A DNA stretch of 63,900 bases, filler included, from Octopus bimaculoides (lineage: Eukaryota), in assembly GCF_001194135.2 (NCBI RefSeq). It is 9 parts of 7 records of this genome, joined end to end, with 100 filler letters (N's around TTAATTAATTAA, not from the genome) between each part and the next. Parts side by side here need not be neighbours in the genome. Positions count along the whole stretch, not along the records: positions 1 to 4,620 come from NC_068998.1; positions 4,721 to 36,167 come from NC_068982.1; 7 more parts are not named here. One strand, given 5' to 3'. Shown here in pieces: positions 1 through 12,819 of the stretch. Position numbers and translations under genes: made by a program. Every line of letters begins with the position of its first letter. The stretch's first letter is position 1. The notes under the pieces are model-generated. The model saw only the letters and a list, made by a program, of their open reading frames with translations, had not been told where the DNA came from and did no database searches.

Positions 1-106
1 AACATTTGTTTTTTTACCATTTTAATCTTCAGCCGGAAATTTCTAGTTGCCGCTCCACCCAAAAATTTCCCACAACACAATCTATACGTTCTTTTACAGA
101 CATGTA

Positions 107-155
107 CACACACACAAGCGCCCACACACACACACACAACACATACTCATTCACA

Positions 156-187
<32 letters not shown>

Positions 188-330
188 CTCTTTCTGCCTC
201 TCTGTCCCTTCTCCCCTCACCTTTCACTTCTCTCTTTCCACCTCCTCTTACCTCTACTCTATCCTTTTCCAGTACTCCTCCTCGTACTCTCTCTCTCTCT
301 CTTCCCCCTCTTTCCCTTTCATTCTCCTCT
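107..330. repeat. (CA)n/(CT)n microsatellite and CT-rich tract
   Basis: Direct reading; source of the spurious ORFs at 6-673. Confidence 0.9.
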
Positions 331-519
331 CTCCTTTTCTTCCTTCATATCATCATACCAACTGTCTTCGTCTTCTATATACAACTTCTCTCTTTCTGTC
401 TTTCTTTGTATGTATGTAGCTACGTATATATGTATACGTGTGTCCATACAGTCATACATAAGTATTCACCAATTTACTTATGCATTTTGTATGCGTGTAG
501 ATGTTTATTCATGCAAGTT

Positions 520-582
520 TTATGTATGTATGTATGTATGTATGTATGTATGTATGTATGGATGGATGGATGGATGGATGGA

Positions 583-613
<31 letters not shown>

Positions 614-1040
614 CATTATTCAGTTTATTTCAAGATTTCTTGCCAATGGAGAAAGAACCGGTTTCTAACCTAGATCCAAGGCTTTTTCATTTGAATTTCA
701 ACATCAAAAACAGGCTATTTTTACATGTATGTATGTATGTATGTATGTATGTATGTATGTATGTATGTATGTATGTATGTATGCATGTGTGTGTATGCAT
801 CACGCATGTATGTATTATGAATGCAAGCATGAATGTATGTATGTTGGTATGTATGTGTATGTATCAGGTATTTATGTGTGAATGTATGCATGTATGAATG
901 TATGTATATATGTATCTATATATGTATGTAAGTATGTATGTATATGTGTATATTTTTATGTGTATATTTTTATGTGTATATTTTTATGTATGTATGTATG
1001 TATGTATGTATGTATGTATGTATGTATGTATGTATGTATG
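520..1040. repeat. (TATG)n/(GGAT)n tetranucleotide arrays interrupted by a 110-bp module
   Basis: Long TATG runs at about 522-612, 725-782 and 988-1040. Confidence 0.9.
613..722 (-). mobile_element. ~110-bp R4/Dong-type 3'-UTR module embedded in (TATG)n
   Basis: Close homologue of 60042-60152. On the minus strand it shares ATTCxAAxGA..AAGCxTTGxATCT..GxTAGAAAxCxG with the 3' UTR of the RLE element ending near 29547. Ends in a (CATA)n tail. Confidence 0.6.
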
Positions 1041-1374
1041 TAGGTATATATATATTCATTTATGTGCATCTGTCAATACGTTTATACGCATGTGTGTTCC
1101 CACATGATCATGTAGTGTAATTAATTACTACAAATTCTATACATTCTCCATGCTATTAATTTTATTTATGAATCCGTTCTCTAAAAATGTGCGAAAAATT
1201 CACATTTATCATCTATAAATTATAAATATATTTGTCAACAATTAGTGTTGTTGATGTCCTTGTTAACAACATTTATGTTTTTTTTCCAGCACGCCGCCAC
1301 TACTTACGTCTTGTTAGCTTTCCTTGTTGCTTGTATTCTATCGACTACATTTAATGTTTTGTTTTACTGTGTGT

Positions 1375-1426
<52 letters not shown>

Positions 1427-2016
1427 ATGTACGCAGTGTGAAAATTTGTATGATAGGAGTTGTGTTGCTTGTACGTTTGTGTGAAGGTATGGGCGGTAAC
1501 TGTCTGTATTCGTGTTTGTCTGCCATTTTTTGTTGGTTTTTTTGTTTGCGGTGTTTGTGATGCTATTTAAAATTTAACATAAAACATACGATAAAATGTA
1601 TTCTGTATGTTGTCCAAACATAAAGGTTTACAGACGTTCACACTCACGCTAAAACCGACAAATTGCAGTGAAAATATATTCTATTGCCTCTTGAAACAAA
1701 ATTGTCTCAAAACACGAATTCACATCAAGAATCAGATCAAAAACGAAATACTAAAACGAAATGAAAATATATTCACAAGAATTAAAGAATTGGGAGGGAA
1801 ACGAATGAATGTCTCACTTCACTAGTTTGATTTTTCGTTCAAATCATTATAATCTAACAAAGTTTCTGAGTGACAAAGTATCTACACATAAGTATACAAT
1901 ATTTATCCTTATTGTATATATGGGTATGTATGCTGATATAGCTATACCTCACGCTTGCGTGTATATATGTACACGTATAAACATATATATTGAAGAAGCG
2001 CGTATGTTTGTACACT

Positions 2017-2425
2017 TGCGTAGGAGTGGCTGTGTGGTAAGTAGCTTGCTTACAAACCACATGGTCCCGGGTTCAGTCCCACTGCGTGGCATCTTGGGCA
2101 AGTGCCTTCTACTATAGCCTCGGGCCGACCAATGCCTTGTGAGTGGATTTGGTAGACGGAAACTGAAAGAAGCCTGTCGTATATATGTATATATATATAT
2201 GTATGTGTGTATGTGTTTGTATGTCTGTGTTTGTCCCCCCAACATCGCTTGACAACCGATGCTGGTGTGTTTATGTCCCCGTAACTTAGCGGTTCGGCAA
2301 AAGAGACCGAAAGAATAAGTACTAGGCTTCCAAAGAATAAGTCCTGGGGTCGATTTGCTCGACTAAAGGCGGTGCTCCAGCATGGCCACAGTCAAAAGAC
2401 TGAAACAAGTAAAAGAGTAAAAGAG
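2017..2425 (+). mobile_element. tRNA-derived SINE, family A (full length)
   Basis: A-box-like TGGCTGTGTGGTAA, B-box-like GGTTCAGTCCC, CORE-like CTTGGGCAAGT, internal (TA)n(TG)n, tail GGTGCTCCAGCATGGCC..ACTGAAACAAGTAAAAGA. More than 12 homologous copies in the window. Confidence 0.9.
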
Positions 2426-3949
2426 ATATAAGTTATGTAAGAATGTGCATGTATACCTATATAAACACATATACACACACGTATTCACATACGCATATGC
2501 ATACACATTTACACATCTCTAAACGTATACATACACACACGTGCACAAAACAGACATACAATAGTATGTGCGTACGTGAATGTCATGTGTATGTTTGAAT
2601 AAATACATACATACCCATTTGTATATATATCCATATATGTACGCATCGATGTATAAATAAGTATGCAAAGAAAATATATACATATTAAATATATCTATAT
2701 ATTTAATATGTATACAATAGTTATATTACAACACATATTATATTATATAGAATACCTCTGTTATATATATATATATATNNNNNNNNNNNNNNNNNNNNNN
2801 NNNNNNNNNNNNNNNNNNNNNNNNNNNNNNNNNNNNNNNNNNNNNNNNNNNNNNNNNNNNNNNNNNNNNNNNNNNNNNNNNNNNNNNNNNNNNNNNNNNN
2901 NNNNNNNNNNNNNNNNNNNNNNNNNNNNNNNNNNNNNNNNNNNNNNNNNNNNNNNNNNNNNNNNNNNNNNNNNNNNNNNNNNNNNNNNNNNNNNNNNNNN
3001 NNNNNNNNNNNNNNNNNNNNNNNNNNNNNNNNNNNNNNNNNNNNNNNNNNNNNNNNNNNNNNNNNNNNNNNNNNNNNNNNNNNNNNNNNNNNNNNNNNNN
3101 NNNNNNNNNNNNNNNNNNNNNNNNNNNNNNNNNNNNNNNNNNNNNNNNNNNNNNNNNNNNNNNNNNNNNNNNNNNNNNNNNNNNNNNNNNNNNNNNNNNN
3201 NNNNNNNNNNNNNNNNNNNNNNNNNNNNNNNNNNNNNNNNNNNNNNNNNNNNNNNNNNNNNNNNNNNNNNNNNNNNNNNNNNNNNNNNNNNNNNNNNNNN
3301 NNNNNNNNNNNNNNNNNNNNNNNNNNNNNNNNNNNNNNNNNNNNNNNNNNNNNNNNNNNNNNNNNNNNNNNNNNNNNNNNNNNNNNNNNNNNNNNNNNNN
3401 NNNNNNNNNNNNNNNNNNNNNNNNNNNNNNNNNNNNNNNNNNNNNNNNNNNNNNNNNNNNNNNNNNNNNNNNNNNNNNNNNNNNNNNNNNNNNNNNNNNN
3501 NNNNNNNNNNNNNNNNNNNNNNNNNNNNNNNNNNNNNNNNNNNNNNNNNNNNNNNNNNNNNNNNNNNNNNNNNNNNNNNNNNNNNNNNNNNNNNNNNNNN
3601 NNNNNNNNNNNNNNNNNNNNNNNNNNNNNNNNNNNNNNNNNNNNNNNNNNNNNNNNNNNNNNNNNNNNNNNNNNNNNNNNNNNNNNNNNNNNNNNNNNNN
3701 NNNNNNNNNNNNNNNNNNNNNNNNNNNNNNNNNNNNNNNNNNNNNNNGATTTTTTTTTATTCTTTCTTTTTAATTCTTTCTTTCTTTCTTTCTTTCTTTT
3801 CTTTCTTCTAAAAGCAAATTTCGCGGCTGAAGGACAAAAATCTTTCTCAGAAACTTCATTGCATCGTTTTCTCAAAGCAGTTTTGCTGTATTCCCAAGCT
3901 TGTTGTCGTTACTGTTTTATTCTATCGTCATTCTTCTCTTTATCTCTCT

Positions 3950-3962
3950 ATATCCCTCCCAC

Positions 3963-4002
<40 letters not shown>

Positions 4003-4453
4003 TTCTAACTCTCTACCTCTCTTCTTCTTTCTCTCTTTGTATCTCTCTTTAGCTCTCTTTCTCTCTTTATATTGCTCTCTCTTTTTCTCTCTCCATCTTT
4101 ATCATTCTCTCGCTTTATTACTCTCTTTCTAATTCTCTCTTTATCTTCTTCTCTCTTTCTTTCTTCTTTCTTCATCTATCTATTTCATATCTCTTTTTCT
4201 CTACCTTTCTCTTACTCTCTCTCTCTCTCTTCCTTTCTCTCACCCTCTCTCTCCTTTCTCTCACTCTCTTTCTCTCTTTCTCTCTTTCTTTCACTCTCTC
4301 ATTATCTCTTTCACATTTTCACCTTATTTCTCTTTCTTTCTCGCTTCCCTTTCACTTTCTCTCTTTCTTTCCCTCACTGTCTTTCTCTCTGTTTTCTCTC
4401 CCTCTACCTTCCTCTCTCTCTGTCTCTGTCCGTCTGCCGGTATGTCTGCCTGC

Positions 4454-4485
<32 letters not shown>

Positions 4486-4530
4486 ATCTCTCCCTCTCCC
4501 CCCTCTCTCTCTCTCTCTCTCTTTATCTGT
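3950..4530. repeat. CT-rich low-complexity tract
   Basis: (CT)n and degenerate CT/TTC runs. Confidence 0.85.
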
Positions 4531-4664
4531 AAATTTTATCGTTCACAACAGGACCTAGAGCTACTTTTGGCACTTCCGTCGCATCTCTTACCGCTAATTT
4601 CTGCCATTTTGTCTCCATAGNNNNNNNNNNNNNNNNNNNNNNNNNNNNNNNNNNNNNNNNNNNN

Positions 4665-4676
4665 TTAATTAATTAA
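4665..4676. other. Artificial scaffold-join linker TTAATTAATTAA inside a 100-bp N spacer
   Basis: 44 N + palindromic 12-mer with TAA in all six frames + 44 N. Same linker at 36212, 45015, 54443, 56034, 58579, 60569 and 62477. Confidence 0.95.
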
Positions 4677-5516
4677 NNNNNNNNNNNNNNNNNNNNNNNN
4701 NNNNNNNNNNNNNNNNNNNNATGTGTGTGTGTGTGTGTGTGTGTGTGTGACGGTGTGTGTGTGTGTGTGTGTGTGACGGTCTCACTATCAATTTCAACGA
4801 TATTTTATCTTGTATGACTAACAAACTAACTGAGTGTGTAGAAACATCAACAAATATCCGTGAAGTTCATCTTGTAAAGCACTAACCATTGTTTATGAAG
4901 CTGAGATTATCTCCAACTGACCAAACCTCGGCGCAGTGCACATGCGCTACATAGGCATGATTGAGAAAAAGTTGAAACGTAGTTTAGGGAGCTTTATTAC
5001 CTCCACACCACAGGAGGAATATATCTTAAGTAATCTCTTCTACATGTTGCCTTTGGAAAGCCTTATATATCCTTATGTTTTTTTCTAATTTATTTTCTCT
5101 TCTTCTTAAGCCAGTATCACTAATCAAATACATTCGATTTTATTTCATTAACTACAAGAAATAAAAATATTACACTCGGGTCCTATTTCAATATACGAGC
5201 TTCTCAAAGACATAATTTCACATATTTGCATGCAACATTTTAAATAACTTTAACTTGTTCCCAGTGTTCAATGGGAAAAGTTACTCCTTAGCGCATTAAG
5301 AAGACTTTGGAGTATTTCATTGTTTACTCGTCCACCTGGGGTGATAAAATGCAGTTTATTCGTTATTTTAGTGCTTTCTTTAATCAAGGTTTACCAGACT
5401 TCATCTCATGAAAGAATGGGATGAGGTGATCACTACTATGATGGTAACCCTAATGTGAACATAAATACAACCTTTTCACACCCATTTACAGACTTAGGGC
5501 AACAACATTAAAGTAT

Positions 5517-5923
5517 TTTATTCTTTTATTCTTTTACTTGTTTCACTCTTTGACTGCGGCCATGCTGGGGCACCGCCTTAAAGGGTTTTAGTTGAAGATA
5601 TTAACTCCAGGACTTATTTTGTGTAAGCCTAGTATTTATTCTATCGGTTTCTTTTGCGAATCGTTAAGTTACAGGGACAACAACCGTTGTTAAACGATGG
5701 TGGTGGGGACAAACACAGGCACAAAGACACACACGCATAAATGCACACACACACACACACACACACACATTCATATGTGCGACAGGTTTCTTTCAATTTC
5801 CGTCTACCAAATGCACTCAGAAGATTTTGGTCGGACCGAGGCTATAGTAAGAGACACTTGCCCAAGGTACCACGCAGAGGGGCTGAACCCTGAAACATGC
5901 GGTTGGGAAGCCATGCCTGTGCG
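5517..5923 (-). mobile_element. SINE family A copy
   Basis: Reverse-complement homology to 2017-2425, including tail and internal (CA)n. Confidence 0.85.
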
Positions 5924-6399
5924 TATGAAAATAATAAAAGGAAGGGAAAATGTCGGAAAAAAGTCACCAAGTATGAACGGTGATAGTAAACGAAGGGAAA
6001 AAAGGTAGAAGAAATGTCATTGACCTTAAAATATCGGCTTCAAAGAGGAAATATAGCGAAATTGTTATAAATTGATCCGCCTGGGAGTCGAGTGGAATAG
6101 CAAATATTGTATTTGATATAAATGTGTCGTGCAACACCAAAATAGTTGCGGCAACATGGAGAACACCAATACTTAAAGAACAACTCTAACGAGTACCACA
6201 ATAATGACAAGGACGACTACAGCAACAAGAACAAGAAGAACAACAACAGCAACAGCATCGATATCTGCAAAACAACAACTACAAAACGACAATTCACAAC
6301 AACGACTATAGTGACAGGAAGAAGAATAATAAATCTTTTCCACCTCATGATGATCTTCATTCAAACTAACTGTTCATCATTAAACCAACACCACCACTA

Positions 6400-6401
6400 C
6401 A

Positions 6402-6457
<56 letters not shown>
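6400..6457. repeat. (TAC)n microsatellite
   Basis: Direct reading. Confidence 0.9.
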
Positions 6458-6489
6458 CTTTGTGTCTCAGCTACCTTGTATTTTCCCAT

Positions 6490-6850
6490 AATGCTAAAAT
6501 TGAAACGGAAAATTTCTAAACTTCTTCAAGATGGTTCCGAAACTGGCGCATGTGTCCCTGGGAAAATCTTCGAACACTTCCTTGACCTTGGCCATTAGCT
6601 CGGCCTTGGTGTTGCATGCAGGTGTTTTCTTCAGCCGTGCCCTACAAATAGTAATCCGTAATATTACAATCAAGGGTATTTAAAGGCTAGAAATTAAATC
6701 CGGTAAAGTCGTAGAAATTCTCGAACAGCCACTTCTGACTCTCTCCGGAGCTATGATAAGGAGCTAAATCCTACTGCCACACATATAACGTTCAACCAGC
6801 AACCTTCTCCAGCCAGGCTTTGACCACAGTATGCACTGCAAAAGCGAAAT
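6490..6850 (-). mobile_element. Tc1/mariner DD37D (maT) transposase remnant, C-terminal half
   Basis: Minus-strand translation TVVKAWLEKVAG*TLYVWQ*DLAPYHSSGESQKWLFENFYDFTGFNF*PLNTLDCNITDYYL*G, then frameshifted CNTKAELMAKVKEVFEDFPR. 37 residues lie between the second and third catalytic D. Confidence 0.85.
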
Positions 6851-8055
6851 ACTGTTTCCTTAACAGCAATTAATTTTTGTGTACCAGTTGCCAGGAATGT
6901 GTTTAGTATGCAAATTATTCTATCCAATTGCATTACACTGCTAAACTTTGTGAGTATTTAAGCAATTTGTTCGTAGATAGTTGATGGGTTTGATGAGGTG
7001 CTGATGAAAGAGCAATAACTCTAGAAATATGCATATACACCCATTACCTAATTTTTCTGTCTTCAATTGCATTGTTTACATAGATGTAAAAGTTTACAAA
7101 ACTTCATAACTTTCAATGTTGGCTCTAAATTCTATAGGAAATCTATAGAGTTAAACTTAAAAATGAAAACATCGCATTGCTGATATGCATGTTTGTATGT
7201 AGACATATTTATTATTACATCCTACTGTATTCATAATATCTATTCATGAGGCTATACACAGTACAACATTATGTGTGTCTATATATATTTTTGAGTATAT
7301 GTATTTAAGCATTCGTGACTTTTGTATACACATGTATTTATTTTCATACACCACAAAAGTTAAAATAAAATAAACTAGGTGTGTATGTGTATGTGTGTGT
7401 ATATATATATATGTGTGTGTGTGTGTTTATTATACAGGAAATTTTACATAAGAGTTTAATAAGTGGATGATGTATTATTATGACTACCGCGGTGAGTTTG
7501 CATGCGAGAGAATCCTAATATTTAAGATGTTGCCATCAATTGATGCAGATTATGTTATACATCAAAATATTAAATTTGAATGAAAACCTTAACAAGGTAA
7601 GGAAATAATTTTATTCTCAGACGCAGGATAATGCTAATAATATAGAATGAACAGGATAAACTATCCATATTTTGCAGAAAATTGTGTCGGCGAGGAATGA
7701 ATTCTAGCTTAGTGAGAGTGCAGTTCTCTCTCTCTCTCTTTCTTTCGCTCTCTATGTTTTTCTTGCTCTGTTTATGTCTCTCTTTATGTCTCACTCACTT
7801 TCTCTTTCTCTCTATGTCCCTCTCCTTGTTTTTCTCTAAGTCTCTCTTTCTCTATTCGTCTCTATCTTTCACCATCCCTTTCTTTTTCCCTTTCTCTCTA
7901 TGTCTCCCTCTCTCACTCACTCTCTCACACACACACACACACTCTCCCTCCTTCGCTATAGCTGTCACATCTTTGAAGGCAATGTTTTTTCCTTTATTTA
8001 ATTAAAAGAAACGAATGATTAAACATTTTTAGATAATTGAATTAAATGCTTCAGC

Positions 8056-8492
8056 TCATGGTGGCTTTGTAGCTACGTGGTTTCGGGTTCACTCCCAATG
8101 CGCACCAACATGGGCAAGTGTTTTCTACTATTACCTCGGACCAATCAATACTAAGTGAATGAATTTGGTTGATGGAAACTGTACGGAAGCCTGTCATATG
8201 ATGTATATATTTATATCTTTGTGTGTTTGTATATGTATGTGCGTGCCTTTCTGTCTTTGTTTGGCCTCCACTAAAGATTGATAACTGGCGTTGGTTTGTT
8301 AACCTCTCCCGTGACTATGTGGTTCAGAAAAAGAGACAGATACAGTAAGTACCAGATAAAAAAAACAAACAAACAAAACAAACAGAAATTAAGTCCTAGT
8401 GTCGATTTGTTCAGTTAAAACCCTTTAAGGCAGTGCCCCAGTATGGTCGCAGTCCGATGACTGAAATAAGTAAAAGAATAAAGGATAAAAGA
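8056..8492 (+). mobile_element. SINE family A copy (diverged)
   Basis: Head, CORE-like block and CCCCAGTATGGTCGCAGTC..ACTGAAATAAGTAAAAG tail. Confidence 0.75.
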
Positions 8493-8567
8493 TTTTTTGA
8501 TAAGTAGATAAATAGATAGACAGACAGACATATAGATAGACAGATAAGTAGATAGATAGATAGATAA

Positions 8568-8608
<41 letters not shown>

Positions 8609-8659
8609 GAGGGGGAGAGAGAGGGAAAGGTAGAGAGAGAGAAAATGGCTGAATACACC

Positions 8660-8822
8660 AATGGCAGGTATCGCTGTGTGATAAGAAGTTTACTTCCCGA
8701 CCATATGATCCTGGGTTCTGTCTCGCTGCGTGCCACCTTGGGCAAGTGTCTTCAACTATAGCCTTGGGCCGACCAAAGCCTTGTGAGTGAATTTGGTAGA
8801 CGGAAACTGAAAGAAGCTCGTC

Positions 8823-8859
<37 letters not shown>

Positions 8860-9015
8860 CGTATCTGTGTTTTATCCCCCCACCACCGTGACCCATAGAA
8901 CAAGTACCTGGCTAATAAAAAAAAATAAGTACTGAGGTTGATACATTCGAATAAAAAATCTTCAAGACGGTGCTCCAGTATGGCCACCGTCTCATGACTG
9001 AATCAAGTAAAACGA
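8660..9015 (+). mobile_element. SINE family A copy
   Basis: Homology to 2017-2425; tandem with the previous copy across a (GATA)n/(GA)n spacer. Confidence 0.8.
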
Positions 9016-9869
9016 AAATATTTTAAAATTGTAAAATTGTAAATCATCTGAGAGCGCCCTATTACGCAGTAAATTTATACATGTTTTAACTGGTTGCCCT
9101 GTTATGCAAATTAGACTCACTATGAGGGTCTAATTTGTAAATTTGTATAGCCTAAATATAGGCTAAATATAAAGCTACTAATACCTCTAATAAATTGAAC
9201 ACGAGATGGGTAGTTTTTTTTTTCTGTCTGATGAAGATGTATGAGAAAGCTAAATTTTATTCTGATCCATTCCCTTTGTTCTTCTCTTGCACCTCAAATG
9301 GAGTCTCAATTAAAATATTTAATTTTTAAAATATCTATACTGTGAATTTCTGATCATTCAAAAGCGGTGTGTGTGTATGTACAGAGAGAGAGNNNNNNNN
9401 NNNNNNNNNNNNNNNNNNNNNNNNNNNNNNNNNNNNNNNNNNNNNNNNNNNNNNNNNNNNNNNNNNNNNNNNNNNNNNNNNNNNNNNNNNNNNNNNNNNN
9501 NNNNNNNNNNNNNNNNNNNNNNAGAAAGAGAGACAATGGAAGGGTTGAGATACATAGATAAATTGATGGAAGGGTTGGTCGGGTGTACGTTTCGAAGAAT
9601 CTATACATTGGGCTTGAACTGCATTGCTTAACGTTTCACAGAAATGAGAAAACTACTCTTTATCAGTCTGATATTTTTTTTTCCTCGTGAACCAGTGAAA
9701 AATTCTCCAGACTTCCTTAACATGAATGACAAGGGGTTTACAGAAAGTATAAACAACATCTCAGAGAAGCTTTCCCCTCGGAATATGCCTCTGCGATAAG
9801 CACATATTGTGTGTGTGAGAGAAACTGCAAAAATATTAAAGCAGTCTTTAATATTCATGCTAACCTTAA

Positions 9870-10082
9870 GGCGGCGAGCTGGCAGAATCGTTAGCGTCCC
9901 GGGCACACTGCCTAGCAGCATTTCGCCCGTCTTTACCTTCCGTGTTCAAATTCCGCCGAGGTCGGCTTTACATTTCATTCTCTCGGATTCGATAAAGTAA
10001 GTACCAATTGAGTGCTGGCGTCAATGTAATCGACTTACCCCTCTTTCAAACATACTGACCTTCTGCCAAAATTTGAAACCAA
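9870..10082 (+). mobile_element. tRNA-derived SINE, family B (full length)
   Basis: GGCGGCGAGCTGGCAGAATCGTTAGC..GTTCAAATTCCGCCGAGGTCG..TGTAATCGACTTACCC..CCAAAATTTGAAACC. More than 10 homologous copies in the window. Confidence 0.85.
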
Positions 10083-10878
10083 TATTCATGTTAAATTCTG
10101 TTTGATCCTTACACTTATTATTTCCTCATTAACTTTTTGACTGATTTGCCACAGAACCTTTTCACTCTATATCGAAGACATCATCGTATGAATAACTTTT
10201 TCTGGTTTTGTTTTGTATGTAAATATTTCAATTTGAGAAACATCTCAAACTACTTATTGGTCAGAATTTATTCTTTGTGTTTTTTTATTTTTATAACTCT
10301 GATGCTGTTAGCCAATATCTTTTCGTAATCCCTGTCTTTCCGTATTTTAACTCCAAGTTTATAATATTTCTCCATTTTAAGGCAGCGAAATGACAGAAAT
10401 ATGATGAAAACATTTTAAGCCATGGTGTGAGTGTTTTCAATTAAACACTTAGTAAATCACAGCTTAATATAAGGATATCTATAACCTTTCTAATGGATAT
10501 AAAAACATAGAATTGTGTTAGCTATAATAATTTTGTCTCAGGGACGGGGTTATTCACCCTTGAAGCGAACAAATCAAACCAGCTGACCGGTGTTTGATGA
10601 GTCACTGACATAATTCGGAGCGAGCTCGGTGTTTTTGACATACAACGACTCATAAAAGAAGTTTCTCTGAGAAAAATATTACAACTACCGCTGTTCTATC
10701 CTGATATATACATCATAAATGTTACAAAGATAGCTATTTTAATATAATTCTCTTCAAAGTACATTCATTGATTTAATTTAAGACTGGCCAGCTTACGCAC
10801 GAAGCAGTGAATGTCTTTTTTGCTGATTTCTATATCGAAAGGAATATTTCGACTTAGATTAGAATGTCTGTATGTGTT

Positions 10879-10923
10879 CGTCACTGAAGAGACCAGATCA
10901 ACTCAAAACACCTGTGTCTGACG
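10879..10923 (+). ncRNA. Degenerate minimal type I hammerhead ribozyme motif (Penelope-type)
   Basis: CGTCA-CTGAAGA-GA..TC-AAA-ACAC-CT-GTGT-C-TGACG: 5-bp stem I, intact CUGANGA, G12 changed to A, GUC cleavage triplet. Confidence 0.45.
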
Positions 10924-11949
10924 ATCGTCTGATATCCTTCTGAGCAAGTTCTGTGCTTTTAACATACAGTCTCTTATGAGAAGTTTCCCCTGAGACAAAA
11001 TATTAGAGCTAGTGCCGTTCTACGTATGTACATACGTTGTATATGTCATACATATGATTTCAAACGTTTTTGAAAGGAAAATATGATAGCAATCTGTGAT
11101 CTCAACATACTTCTTAGAAAGTATTTGTATCTTAGGATGTTTTTAAAATACGGTATGGAAAAAATGTACACAAACTGTGCATGACTATGGATAACTATAT
11201 ATTCACACACACACACAAACACACATACACACATTCATACCTATGAACATATACACACGCATGCAGAAATAAACATGAATACAAACGCAAATAACAAAGA
11301 AACGTTATGGATTCGCCGTCGGAAGGCGACGAAGAGCATTTGCAATTTGATGAACTCCAGTGAAACTGGTGAAATGAAGAAATGAACGTGGCTGAGTATT
11401 CCTCAGTTACTTGTAAATTTAACACAATTTTTTAGGTGAATCACTATAACAAAATGCGACCAAACTGGACTTTTGAAGTACAGGTATAATCTAGAGAGAG
11501 TGGGGGGAAGAATGAGAGAGAGAGAAACCACGAGTGAGAGAGGAAATGAACGAGAAAGAAAGGGAAAGAGAGGATAGATAGATAGATAGATAGATAGATA
11601 AATAGATAGAAAGAGAGAGAGAGAGAGAGAGAGATAGTTGAGACCGGTGCTGGAAAGTATCCTATCGACCTCGGGAGATTGAAAGGTAGAGTTTGCGTCC
11701 GTGAGTTTTGATCTCGGCGAGCAAACAGCCGCAATGAATACCACAAACGATCGAGTCTGATATTCTAACGATTCTGGCCTTTCGCCATCTTACATATACA
11801 CATCTAGGCGCGCACGCTCATATACACTTACACGTACACTCAAAGAAACACACACATACACAAGCACACTCACACACATACCAACACAGTCGTACGCATA
11901 AATAAATGAAACACACTCAAACATGATTACATTCAAAATCGCAAATAGT

Positions 11950-12012
11950 CACACACAAACTCACATTTACACACACACACACGTACACACACGCACACGC
12001 ACACACACACAC

Positions 12013-12075
<63 letters not shown>
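11950..12075. repeat. (CA)n microsatellite
   Basis: Direct reading. Confidence 0.9.
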
Positions 12076-12076
<1 letters not shown>

Positions 12077-12554
12077 AGCCACTGCGTCAGCCAAAATGGT
12101 GTTAAGTAGGGAATCATTAGGGAAGAAATGGTTCATGAATCGGAATCATGTGAAAACTTGTGAAATGTGAGGCCTGTTGCTACTGTTGTAGCTGTTGCTA
12201 TAGTTGTGGCTGTTGTTGTTGTTGCTACTGCTGTTGACTGTAAAGAACTATCATTAAAACGATCGTATTGTTGCTGTCGTTGTTTAACCGCAGGCCTTCT
12301 CAATCAGGTCTGGCTTGGAGATTTACAACACAACCAACTACGATCACCATCATTACCAAGTACAACACTTTTAAAATGGAAGGTGTGCTAGCCGCGAACA
12401 TTCATCCGTTTTCGATATCTGGTGCTACATTGCCAATATGTTGTTTCTTTTATAACATAGTCGAGTATAGTTTGAGTAACTTTGGCTGCTATTTCTAGGA
12501 GGTCAACCCCATAAAGGTTCTTGTAATTTCAGGCTCGTGAGTATGGCGGCGTCT

Positions 12555-12750
12555 GTAGTAGTAGTAGTAGTAGTAGTAGTTGCAGCAGCAGCAGCAGCAG
12601 CAGCCACAACATTAGTAGTAGTAGTAGTAGTAGTGGTGGTAGTGGTGGTGGTGGTAGTTAGTAGTAGTAGTAGTAGCAACAACATTAGCAGTAGTAATAG
12701 TAGTTGTGGTGGTGGTGGTGGTGGTGGTAGTTAGTAGTTGTAGTTGTAAT
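12555..12750. repeat. Compound (GTA)n/(GCA)n/(GGT)n trinucleotide array
   Basis: Direct reading. Confidence 0.9.
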
Positions 12751-12819
12751 ACTGGAAATATTGATACTGATGGTTACAGCGTTAAAATCGATTTCGTTTG
12801 GGAACTGATTGGTTTTGTT

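Noticed and set aside
6-1120. Multiple ORFs rich in MYVC/HT/LS repeats
   Set aside because: Translations of (TATG)n, (CA)n and (CT)n; stop-poor only because of the repeats.
2663-3875. Long ORFs of 240-380 aa here and at 14702, 22613 and 52984
   Set aside because: They span N gaps (X runs) and are not real reading frames.
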